Shown: positions 26,131 through 37,855 of the stretch, piece by piece | Layout: every line of letters starts with the position of its first letter | How positions within the stretch are numbered: position 1 is the stretch's first letter | NCBI GenBank assembly: GCA_003990765.1 | Contig: RBNJ01000034.1 | Location: forward strand, 1-48,970 | Direction of reading: 5' to 3' | DNA: 48,970 bases | Source: Jimgerdemannia flammicorona | Lineage: Eukaryota | The notes under the pieces: model-generated | Databases searched by the model: none | Told to the model about the DNA's origin: nothing | What the model saw: only the letters and a program-made list of their open reading frames with translations | Translations under genes and position numbers: made by a program

Positions 26131-26665
26131 AGAGTTGACAATCACCTTCAGACTCTTGTCCTCAGCTCCTTTCAATCACTACCAGTTTCCCTACCCCAAT
26201 TCTGAGGAGTCAATGAAAACACTCTCCAAAAGATCCAGATTCTTCAAGAGAATCTTATTCTGGCCAGATGATTGCTACAGGTCCACCAACTCTAGGCCCA
26301 TTATGCAATTGAAGAACAATTGCAGAAACTCTCAGTCTCCAAACAGATATATATTAGAAACATTACAGAACTATCAAGGAGAGATGTCACTACTGTAGAC
26401 AGACTTTACACCCTTTATAAATGAAACCCTGCAGCCCTGATACAAGCACAATTCCCTTGGTATAATGCATGAGGAATGAACCTAGCCACCTACCTGAGCA
26501 TTATCAATGTTGTCAAAATCCTATTCCTAGAAGAAGAAGAAGAATCCTTGGAATGGAGCAACCATAGTACAGATGATGAGGATGATGGAATAGGTATTGA
26601 TACAGAAGATGCTTACCCATACTGAGATGATAACTAAAGGACAGTCTGAGGACAGACCATCCTTT

Positions 26666-26677
26666 AGTGGGGGCTGA
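26666..26677 (+). promoter_or_regulatory. G2 polypurine tract
   Basis: AGTGGGGGCTGA immediately before the 3' LTR TG. Confidence 0.65.
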
Positions 26678-28095
26678 TGTGACAAACCAAGACATATCAC
26701 CCAAATTATACCTTAGCCAGATGATGCAAACAATTAGCCAGATGACATGAACATACAGCATAGTAACCACAACTATTGCTGTGGAAACTATATAAATAGC
26801 CAGACTACTAGATAAGGTATATCTGTGCAGGACCTGCACACCTGTGCCAGACCTGCACACTTGTGCTGGACCTGCACAACTTGCTATAAGTAGCAAATCT
26901 ATAGTTAGCAACATAGTAACCAGATAGCAACCACAACTGTATAAATTACCCCAGAGACAAGAGTGAATAAATCTCAGTCTGAAATTTTAACCCAAAGCAA
27001 AAGACAAGTCTGCCTACCACACTTCAAGAGGAACTCTACAGCCACTACTAGGAGATTGTGAGCTTTGCTCTTCCATTTCCACTCTGGTCCCCTTTCCGAT
27101 ACAAAGCCTTGGTTCACTTGCCAGATAAGCCTGCAGTTTGCTGCCAAGTTCAAGGAGAACTTTGCTGCCTTTTGAGTTATTCGCCACATTTCCAGAGAGC
27201 CTGCTTTCTTGCCACAAGCCAGTCTATCTGATGCAACTTCGCAGTAGAGCCAGTCTAACGATGTAACTCCACACAAACAAAGCTAGTCTAGACATAACTT
27301 GCCAAGAACCCGAGTTATTTCCCAGTTGAAGCCGCCAATTCAGGAAGAATCCACGTCATCCGCCATTTTCAAGTCATCCGTATTCCCAGAAGAGCCCGAT
27401 TCATGTCATCTGAGTTATCCATGCCATCTGAGTTATTATTCCCAGAAAAGTGCCGATTCAGGAAGAATCTACAACATCGAGTTATTCATTGTTCCCAGTG
27501 AGCCCGAGAAGAATCTGCTGCCAGTATAATTCCCAGTAAGCTGCCATTTCAGTGAATCCGCGCCAAATTGAGTTATCTGCCAAATTATCAGAATGTCCTG
27601 CATAAGGAACCCACTACGCTACAGAGATCATTGCGCTACACAGAGATCATCATGCAGAAATCACATAAGGAGAACTGCTAAATTGCCAGACCGTCATGCA
27701 CAAGAAGATTGTCATGCTATACAGAAATTGCCTGCCACCCAAGGAGAACCGCTAAATTGCCAGACTGTCACGCACAAGATCGTCATGCTATATAAGAAAT
27801 CATCACCCAGAAATCGCATACTTTTGGAGATCACACTACACACGAATTTCTACCAATTCCCAGTTGATCCAAGAAGGAAATCCATTCACACACAAATTGC
27901 CACTACACCCAGAGAACCATCCCAATAAGGAAATCACTCGCAGACATCCAGTTTTGACTATTATACCACTAAACACCAAGAACCTCAGGAATCTTAGAAC
28001 ATTTTGTTGCTTGTGACAAAGTAACTAGGGGCTCAAGTCAAACTACATCAACCCCCAACCTTGTAATTTGCCTCCATTGAGCCAGGCACATTACA
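26678..28095 (+). repeat. G2 3' LTR (1418 bp), distal 1 kb CpG-rich
   Basis: Direct repeat of 11839-13246 with the same TGTGACAAACC and CATTACA ends. Confidence 0.93.
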
Positions 28096-28430
28096 ATATA
28101 CGAATTTATATACTATTTTTTTTTTATATTTAAATTATTTATAAATAATTTTTTATAAAAAAAAAAGTTAATTTTTATTTTTATTTTTATAAATTCAAAT
28201 TTTTTTTTAACTAACTTTATATTTTATTTAAATTTAAATATAAAATGAACTAAGGGATATTTAACTTTTTTAGAGAGAGTTTTGTAGTTTTCCTATTAGT
28301 AAAAAATAATAGTAATAGATCAGAGAGTATTATAAATAGCTTAGTAAATATTAATAAAAAAATTCTATTTTTTTTAATAGATCTATTAATAAAGCTTTAT
28401 TAATAAAAAAAAAAAAGTATATAGAATGTT
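28096..28430. other. Very AT-rich low-complexity tract
   Basis: Multiple A and T homopolymer runs and very little G/C. Confidence 0.7.
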
Positions 28431-29559
28431 TTATTTAGACTTAAAGTTCTAATAGATGAGTTTCTTAATATAATAAAACTATGCTGATAGAATTAATATA
28501 TTGTGGATAATTAAGATAACTATTAGTCCTAAGTTCTGAGTACTTATGAGGAAGTACCAAGTTTCAATTGTCTGTTGCAGCAGTATAGTCTAAGTATTAC
28601 TTTTAGATTCTTATACTAGTGAAAGTACCATACTTAGATACTAAGTTGATCAGACTTAGAATCATTAATAAGTCAGATCTGAGGTTTTTGTAATAAGAAT
28701 ACTACTTTATTCTTATATTTGGAAAAATTAGTATTGAGGTTACAATACACTCAGTCCAGAGGATATTTATATAGATTCAAAGCTATAATTAAATATGGTG
28801 TGCTGGATATATCTATATATAGTTATATTATATTCAGTAACTATAACTGCTAGTTGAAAATTCTATAAGAAATTTCTGTCAGAATTTTCATTAGAAATTC
28901 CAGTGACTTATAGATATATAATAATTCATTACATTCTTCCTTTCTTTATCTGAATCTACTTATTGGATTCAGTACTAAATTCTAGATACTAATCAAACTA
29001 AAGGACAGTATACTGGGCTACTTGAAAGATAATATTACTCTATTATTCATTACTTTAATTAATGATGTTTTTAGAGAATTCTCTATAAAGATAGTTAAGG
29101 ACTTGGGTTCAGGTACAGAAAAGGATATAAAGTCTCTTAATAATAATATAGATATAGTTATCAATAATAAGGCAGACTTATTACTTAGTACTACTGAGAG
29201 TAGCTTATTGATAGATGAGATATTTGATCTTATAATATACCTTTAATTCTAGTTGGTAGTAGAAGATCTGGAAATTTAGATTCTTCTAAGATATTATTGA
29301 GCTTCATTTGAGTCTGTATCTCCAGAGATTCATATATTGATAGAGAGCTGTTTTGTAGAATTCTATTAGTATTTAATAGCTATAAGGACAGTAGTAGCAA
29401 TCTTATTCTTGGTTTATTCTTGGTGTCTTTGCTAGATATTTATTTTGTAGTAAGTTATCTATATAGGATTGTTCAGATTATTTATACTTCTCTTTATCAG
29501 AGATATTTAGAGATATAACTATCTTTTAGAAATTCCATCAGAATTTTCATTATACTAGA

Positions 29560-30378
29560 TATCAATATTGAGTTACTACTTCTTCTATATTTGGCAAAAA
29601 GTTATCTTCTTTTTCTCAGATAGTATCATACTTAGGATATTCTTTTCATTTCACAAGATAGTATTAGATAGGCTTGGCAGCTCATCTGAGTAGATAGTTC
29701 TTGTAATCTAAAACTAATTAACTTTATATTCTAGTTCTTGGTTAATAATAATTAGATCTAGAGATATATAGCATTGTTCTTTTTTTAAAGATATTCTTGA
29801 TATATAGCTAGAGTTGAGATATGTGAAATACTGTGTGAATTTTTTTTAAAGTTACTGAGAGATCTAACTTGTATGCAATAGGACTATACTTCTCTAATCT
29901 TAAATCATCCAATATAGCAGAGTTTAAGTTTCTTTTTTGATCATATATTATCTAGGATAAGATATTATATACTGAGTAATACTATTCACCTTTTTTGTAT
30001 ATAACTTCTCTTCTATTTTTGTCAGTATATACTACTTATATTATTTGTACTTCTATGAGAACATTATATACTAGATAGTATCTTATATAGTATTGACAAC
30101 TTTATATACTACTGGTACTATTGTATTGTAGAGGTTTGGAAGTATTCTCCATAATTCAGATAGAATGAGATTATTTTTATACTTATACTTGCACTATTAT
30201 TATATGTGAATTTAGCTAGAGTCAGGTTTTTATTCCAATAATTCTATTTATAGCTGCAGTAGAGGCTAAGTATCTACTTGAGAGTTTGATTGGTTCATTC
30301 TGTTTGGCTGTCTATCTATAAATAATAGGTAGTAGATATCTTGAGTTGTACCCATAGTTCTTTAAAGAGTACCTACTA
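29560..30378 (-). pseudogene. Chromovirus-type Ty3/Gypsy integrase remnant with chromodomain, heavily mutated
   Basis: QLKISTTYYL*IDSQTE*TNQTL...FTYNNS...FYLNYG (core); YIG*FKI...AYKLDL...IHTVFHISQL (GPY/F); EYKV...YLVK*KEYPKYDTI*E...EEVVTQY (chromodomain, ~29565-29735). Confidence 0.85.
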
Positions 30379-30384
30379 GAAGTT

Positions 30385-33300
30385 AAGAGGGAGAGAGGAG
30401 GAAAGAGCAAACAATAGACCATTCAACAGATGCAAGTAGGTCACAAATAATAGAAATAGAGTTGGTATAATAATATGAAGTTTCCAAGAACTCAAATAGT
30501 AGACACTTAGTCAGAATGATAAGAGAAGTATAATACAAGATAACAAATCTCATCCTGAATACATTTATGAAGAGTATACTGAGAATAGGTCAGAGAACTA
30601 TTGAGAACAGAGAAATTTGGAATAAACAACAGTTTGAAAGGAGAAAACAGAAATGAAAAGGTCTAAAAGAGGAATACTGATCATATCACACACCTATGTA
30701 ATTGAATGATAGAGAGGGTAGATATCATGAAACTACTAGAAATATCAATACCAGCAATAGCAAGAATAATAAAGTCATCAATATATCAGCAAAGGAAGAT
30801 AGTCCCAGTCTGAAATATGACAGCAAGAGGTGAAGAAGGATCATATAGTGTGTGAAGTTCATGGGCCAGACCAATGAAGTTGGCAAGGGTGGGGGCATAA
30901 TTTGTTCTCATGATAATGACAGAAATCTGGCAAAAGGAGCTAAGGGCCAACTCAAAATAATTAGAGTAACAGATGAGGAGTATAAGCTCAATGATAGAAG
31001 CCAATGAAACAAGGGAATCCAAAGAGAAGACAATGGATCCCAAGAATCAAAGGCAATCATCAATCTCATCAAAATGAATAGTAGTATAGAAGGAGGATAA
31101 ATCACCAGAGGCCAAATGGAAAAAATAGTAAATAGGCACAATGGTGGACCAGAGAAGTGTGAGCTCCTGAGTGTTATGAAGAATAGTATACTCAGGCCCA
31201 AGATAATACTGAAGAAGAGCCATCTATAAGAGAAAGAAACAGGATAATTATTTTGAAACCTCAGTGATAGGTGAACAGAAAGCAGCCATAATGAGATGCC
31301 AAGCCAAAAAAGGTTTGTGAACTTTAGAAAGGGTATAGAAAACTAGGAGATGAATATCTGATAAGAACAAAGAGTCCTAGAAGAAGTGAAAAATGGAAGA
31401 CATAAACAGAGAATCCAAAGTGAGACTACATGAGCCAAATCAACTCAGAGAAGAGAGAGTATCTCATCCAATTTAAGGGTATAAGACTCATAAGCCTTGA
31501 TATAGAGAAGGAGAGTAAGGTCATCAAGTTAAAGTAATTGAGGAATAAGGGCAAAACTTTGGTTCTTATCAGTGACTCTGAGCAAGTGCAAAGGTAGTTG
31601 CTTGACCAATTTAAGCACAGTATATACTATATGACCCAAAATCAAGCAATAGTAAGTGTGACCCAGAAGAGTTAGTAAGCAAGCCATGTTTTGGAATATG
31701 CAGTATAAAGAGACATTGGGAGGGGAAACTCATTTGCTAGAAATATAGTAGTGAGAGAGTAACTTAGCATAATCTTCAAAAAAGGTGGTAAGGTTAAGAG
31801 TATAATGGAAATGCTTAAGACAAGCTGGGTCAACAAAGGAGAATTGGGAATGAGTCACTGAAAAGATGAAGTGAGGATTCAAAGAAAGTGTAAAAGTTTG
31901 AAGAAGGGTAAGAGGGCAGTCAGCCCAAGAAAAAGGAGAAGACAAAAGAGCCCCAGAAGAAGAATAAATCTAAAAGTTTAGGATGAACAACTGAGAAAGG
32001 TGAAGGGGAGACAAAATGAGGAACCACTCAGAGCACACCAGAAGTGATAATGAGATTCAAGAAGGAATAAGAATACCAGAGAAGAGCTATGCCAAAGAGA
32101 AGTTTAATAGCAAGAGGAGGTCTTCTCCTTCTCTCAGATATTTTTTAAAGAGAGTAAAGCAGATGACCTCAAATAGACCCCATTGGAGTACTAGACATTA
32201 TAACCACAGGCCTTTGTGCAGCCTTTATACTCAGGGGCACAGGGGGAGTGAGACCCAGAGGAGACAGCAGAAGAGGCAGAGGGAGAGTGAGGGTGGGACA
32301 GAGTCTTGGAGGAGGAGGAGAGAGTGGTAGCAGAATTGGCAGCAGATGGAGGAGTACCTCTATGGGGGCAGGTGGACTTGGTAGAGTGCCAATAGGTATA
32401 GTGAAGATGGCCAGAGTAGGCAGAGCAGGGCCAGGAGCTAACAGGGTGGATGCTGAGGTTACAACCATAATAGAAGATAGTCTTAGAGAAAAGGGAGCAG
32501 GAAGAGGCAAAAGACTTCTTAGTAGTAGGGGGTTTTAGAGCCTTGGGGGCCTTGGGGCCATTAGCAGTGGCAGTGGTATAGGAGTGAACCTCAGCATAGG
32601 CAGTAGCCTGAGCTTTGACCTGAATGGCCTCAGAGATAGAAATCTCTAGAGAGGCAGAAGTAGCATAGTAGCAGTAGTGTAAGTAGTAGCAATAGTATAA
32701 GAGACCTCAGCTTCATAAAGACAAGATAGAAAAGAGCAGCCAGTGACTAGAAAATGATGAACAGTATTGATATTAGCAGTGGTGGAAGGAATTTCATTAG
32801 CTTGAAAGCTACCAAAAGAAGTAGCATCAGTGAGGTGAGAGGTAGTAAGGGCTATGAAAGCAGTACAATTTTGACAGAATTGACTGGAGGCCATAAAGGC
32901 AGCATCATATGCTATGTTGGTAGCAGCAGTCTTGATATTGATGGAAGTTTAATAGATCTCCTCAGAGAAGGCTTGATGATATTTCTCAGAGAGGACAGAG
33001 AACTTAATGGTAAGAGAAACCACAGCATTGACATCACATCAATGGCAAGCCTCCTTGGAGGAGAGGGTGAGAACTGAGCAAAACTGAGCAAGAAGTAGAC
33101 AGCCCAATTAGTAAAGGTCAAGGGGGAGAGAGAGGATGGCAGAAGATATGTAGGCATCAAATGAGATGTTGGCAGAAGAGAAGTGGATGGAGGGGGAAAT
33201 AGGAAGAGCATCTTCTATAGCCATATCAGCAGGAGGGGCTCCAGAGGCAGAAGCAGTAGCAGTAGTAAGAGAGGGTGCAATAGGAGCCAGGGGAGGGCCA

Positions 33301-33420
33301 GAAGGGCCAGTGAGAGGGGCAAAGTCCAAGCTAAGGTCAAAGAAGATAAAGGGAAAATGAGATAATAATATATGGAAGGCAAGAAATAAAGATAGATAAA
33401 GAATAAGGTAGAAATTGCAT
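30385..33420 (-). mobile_element. Penelope-like element copy 1 (RT, 3'-truncated), degenerate
   Basis: TDKN (~31565), FYTLSKVHKP (~31312-31340), SNYFE...Q...YAPTLAN, *YIDDF (~30772-30789), PLLDL and a thumb-like region. Direct repeat of copy 2 at ~3.67 kb offset. Ends are approximate. Confidence 0.85.
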
Positions 33421-33629
33421 CAGCTATTTATTGTTATATAAAAGTATAGTTCTTATATATAAAATACAATGTCCTAAAAAAAAAGATGTACCATAATACA
33501 GAGTTAACCAAATTAGGAACTACATGATAGTCAGAGATAAGAGGAGAGCCAATTATAGAATAAAAATCACAAATAAACACAAACTAAATAAATCTAAATC
33601 AAGATTAAAAAAAATCTGTAGACTCTAGA

Positions 33630-36600
33630 AAAGTGAGTGTGAGTGAGGGGTAAGGTCAAGTGGAGTGAGCTGTAATGTACCTGAGGTGAAGCTGAGAGGC
33701 TGAAGGTAGCAGAGAGGAGTAGAGTGAAGATGAAGACCCCAGAGCAAGTGCAAGATCCTAGAGGGGACCAGGATGTTTTTTAATCTTCTCTGGCAGAGTC
33801 AGAGGCACCCAAAGGTAACAAAAATACAAAATGAGATTGATGGATAAGTGAGAAAATAGAAGAAAGGCATGAATAAGTAATAAGAGAGTGCCAAGAAAGA
33901 GATAACAGTCCATTGCATGAAAGAGAAGAGTGCAGGACAGCATCAGGGTATTGCATAGCCCAGTGAGTAAATCAAATAGTATGACAAGAATTGGGGGAGG
34001 GAAAGAAGAGAGAGTATACAGTAGGTAAGAGAGGAGAGAGAGAAGAGAGAGGGAGATAAGAGGGAGAGAGAAGGGAAGAGTGAACAATAGACCATTCAAT
34101 AGATCTAAGTAGATCATGAATGATAGAAATAGAGTAGGTACAGTAAAGGACTACAAAGTTGCTAAGAACCTGAACAGCAGATACTCAGTCAGAATGACAG
34201 GAGCAGTATAATACAAGATAATAGACCTCATTCTGAATGTATTCATGAAGAGAATATTGAGAATGGTTGGAATTATAGTCAGGAAACTGTTGAGAATAGA
34301 GAAATTTGAAATAAACAATAGTTTGAAAGAATTCAGATTGTACCATACACCTATATAATAAAATAATAGAGAGGGTAGATATAATGAAACATACTAGGAA
34401 TATCAATGTCAGCAACAGCAAGGACAATAAAGTCATTAATATATTGGTAAAAGATGATATCTCTAGCCTAAAATATAACAGCAAGAGGTGAAGATGGATC
34501 ATATAGTGCACAAAGTTCATGGGCCAGGCCAATGAGGTTGGTAAGGGTGGGGGCACAATTCATTTGCATGGTAATGCCAGAAATCTGGCAAAAGGAGTCA
34601 AGGGCCAACTCAAAATAATTAGAATAGCAGACAAAGAGTATAAGCTCAATGATAGAAGCCAATAAAACCAGAGAATTTAAAGGAAAGACAATGGATCCCA
34701 AGAAGCAAAGGCAATCATCAATCTCATCAAAACAAATAGTAATATAGAAGGAGGAGAAATCACCAGAGGTGAAATGGAAAAAATGGTGAATAGGTACAAT
34801 AGTGGAATAGAGAAGTATAAGCTCCTGAGTGTCATGAAGAATAGTATACTCAGGCTTAAGGTAGTGCTGAAGAAGAGTTATCCAGGAGAGAAAGAAATGG
34901 AATAACTATTTTGAAACCTCAGTGGTAGGCAAACAGAAAGCAGTCATAATGAGATGCCAAGCCAAAGAAGGCTTGTGAACTTTAGGAAGGATATAAAAAA
35001 CTAGGAGATGAATATCTAGTAAGGATAAAGAGTCCTGAAAGAAGTGAAAAATGGGAGGTACAAATGGAGAATCCAAAAGTAAGACTATACAAGCCAAATT
35101 AATCCAGAGAAGGGAGAGTATCTCATCTAATCCAAGGGTACAAGACTCATAAGCCTCAGTACAGAGGAGGACAGTAAGGTCATAAAGGTAAAGTAATTGA
35201 GGAATGAGGATAAAATCTTACTTCTTTTAGTAACTATGAGTAAGTACAAAGATAGTTACTTGACTGATTTAAGTACAGTATACACTATATGGCCTGAAAT
35301 CAAGCAAGAGTAAGTGTGACCTAGAAGAGTTAGCAAGCAAGCTATATCTTTGAATATGCAGTATAAAGAGACATTGTGAGGGAGAACTTATTTGTTAGGA
35401 ATGTAGTAGTGAGAGAGCAACTCAGTATGATCTTCAAAGAAGATAGTAAGGTTAAGAGCATGACAAAAATGCTTAAGATAAGCTGGGTCAACAAAGGTAA
35501 ATAGAGAATGAGTTGTCAGAAAGATGAAGTGAATATCTAAAGAAAGTACAAAAGTATAAAGAGAGGTAAAAGAGCAGTCAGCCCAAGAATAAGGAGGGGA
35601 CAAAAGAGCCCCAGAAGAAGAATAAACCCAAAAGTTCAAGATGAGCAACTGGGAAAGACAAAGGGGGGACAATATGAGGAACTACTCAGAGTATACCAGA
35701 AGTGACAATGAGATCCAAGAAGAGATAGAGATACTGGAGGAGAACCACACCAGGGGGAAGTTTAAAAACAGAAGGTCTTCTCCTTTTCTTAGACTTTTTT
35801 TGAGAGGGGTGAGGCAGATTGACCTCAAACAGACCCCATTGGAGTGCACGACATTGTGGCAACAGGTCTTTATGCAGCCTTTACACTCAGGGGCATGGGG
35901 GAAGTGAGACCTGGAGAAGGCAGTAGAAGAGGTAGAGGGGGAGTGAGGGTGGGATGGAGTCTTAGAGGAGGAGAAGAAGGTAGCAGCAGAAGTAGCAGCA
36001 GGTAGAGAAGTACTCTCATGGAGGCAGATAGACTTAGCAGAGTGCCAATAGGCATGATAGAGATGGCTGGAGCAGGCAGAGCAGGGCCAGGAGCTGACAG
36101 GGTAAATACTAAGACTACAGCCATGATGGGAGGCAGTCTTAGAGGAGGGAGAGGGAGAAGAGGCCAAAGACTCCTTAGTAGCAGGGGCCTTGGAGGCCTT
36201 GGGGGCCTTGGGGGCCTTGGCAGTAGTAGTGGCATTGAAGTGAACCTCAGTATGGCTGATAGCCCAAGCTTCAGCCCAAATGGCCTTAGAGATAGAAATC
36301 TCAGGAGAGGAAGGGAAGGAGTAACAGTAGTAGTATGAGCAGTAGTAGTAGTATGAGAGACCTCAGCTTCATGAAGGTGAGATATTAAGGAGCAGCTAGT
36401 GAGTAAGAAATGATGAACAATATTGCAGTAGAAGGAACTTCATTGGCTTGGAAGCTCCAAAATGGAGCAGTATTAGTGAGGCAAGAGGCAGTGAGGACTA
36501 CAAAAGTAGTACAATCTTGATGGAATTGATCAGAGGCCACAGAGGTAGCATCATATGCTACATTGACAGTATTGGTCTTAGCATTAATAGAAGCTTAGCA

Positions 36601-36905
36601 GATCATCTCAGAGAAGACTTGACAATGTTTCTCAGAGAGAATAGAGAACTTGATAGTGAGAGAAACCATGGTATTGATATTATATTGAAGATGAGTCTCC
36701 TTGGAGGAGAGGGTAAAGACTGAGCAGAACTGAGTAAGAAGTGGATGACCTAACAAGCAAAGGTTGAGAGAGAGAAAGAGAATGGCAGAAGACATGTAGG
36801 TATCAAACAAGACATTGACAGGGGAGAAGTGGGTAGAGGGGAAATAGGAAGAGTATCTTCCATAGCCACATCAGCAGTGGGAGCTCCAGATATAGAAGCA
36901 GTAGA
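33630..36905 (-). mobile_element. Penelope-like element copy 2 (RT, no GIY-YIG seen, 5'-truncated), degenerate
   Basis: FYILPKVHKP (~34970-35000), TSGDFSSFY, SNYFE...QISGITMQMNCAPTLTNL, YIND and SNHSQYSLHEYIQNEV; collinear with copy 1. Ends are approximate. Confidence 0.85.
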
Positions 36906-37721
36906 TAAGGCTACCAGGACCTGAGAACAGGACTGACTCAGCTCACCAGGTGCCTGAATAATTAGCAACATATCTTTGCAAAAGTGCATACTATATAGTC
37001 TTCATAAAGAAGAGATCATAGAAATAACCTATAGCAATTTTATTATAGATATATGGCAATTTTTTCAACAATATGATATTTGTTCTGAGTAGAATAGCTC
37101 AATCCATCAAGGATTATACTTTTATTCTGACAATTGCTCACTTTTGGAGACTTCATAAAAGAATCTCAGCAATCAATACTTCATGCTCCTGGACTCCTCT
37201 TTATAATAGATCATGTCATATTAGGATCTTTAATACAAAGAATGATATGATATATAGCCAGATCACATAAGTAAAATAGATGAGTCTAAGTGAGCATCAC
37301 TAACCATAGCTAGTTAATACTAGTTAGACATGTGAAATTCACCTCATATACTAAGTTTCACAACTTGGGCAGCTCTACCAAGCAAAACCTTCATTGAGAT
37401 CTCTCTTTGAGAAACAGAAGTCCTCTCAGAAAGATCTCTTGGGCACTATTTATATATCTCTATCTACTATCCATTTACAATTCCAGTACCCCTGATTGAT
37501 CAACCCACATATACTATATATCTTTGACATATATACCTCAGAAACAATGACCACCTTCTTTTCTAGCTTCTCAGCCTTATTGAGCAATCAATCAAGAAAA
37601 TACTCTAATAAAAAATAATTACTGAGTTTATACTGCATGGGTGTTCTGTTATTGCTGAGAGTCTCACAAAAGAAAAAGAATAAGAAAATAATGATAAATT
37701 CAAAAAAAAAAAAAAAAAAAA
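36906..37721 (+). other. Unassigned poly(A)-terminated segment (possible 3' end of another LINE or a retrocopy)
   Basis: AATAAA at ~37607 and an A run at 37702-37721; starts where the homology between the two Penelope-like copies stops. No recognisable domain and no TSD. Confidence 0.35.
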
Positions 37722-37855
37722 TTATAATTACTGTGGCTCTATATCAATTATCTTGTATACTGTGCACCTATTGAGTCTTCTTTTTTATCTTTCTTTTCAG
37801 TCATCAAATATGAATTAAACTGTGGAATAATGACTATATCAAATATTATTAGAAG

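Larger units (their letters stand above)
11839..28095 (+). mobile_element. Ty3/Gypsy element G2 (dUTPase-bearing), two LTRs, interrupted by LINE-B
   Basis: TG...CA LTRs, PBS, gag, protease, dUTPase, RT, RNase H, integrase with GPY/F motif and PPT. No matching TSD. Confidence 0.95.

Noticed and set aside
28430-29550. 3' LTR or extra ORF of the chromovirus remnant (including ORF 29022-29246)
   Set aside because: Too mutated; no partner repeat, termini or motif could be supported.
32016-33365. Plus-strand G/R/S-rich ORFs here and at 36018-36723
   Set aside because: Antisense to the Penelope-like elements and explained by composition.
33630-33670. Telomeric repeats at the PLE 3' end (GTGAGTGTGAGTGAGGGGTAAGG)
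   Set aside because: No tandem TTAGGG-like unit; too degenerate to call.
37276-37340. Possible hammerhead ribozyme (GATGAGTCTAA...TTAGAC...GAAA)
   Set aside because: The core needs CTGANGA and GAAA directly flanking stem II; here the CT is missing and extra bases precede GAAA.
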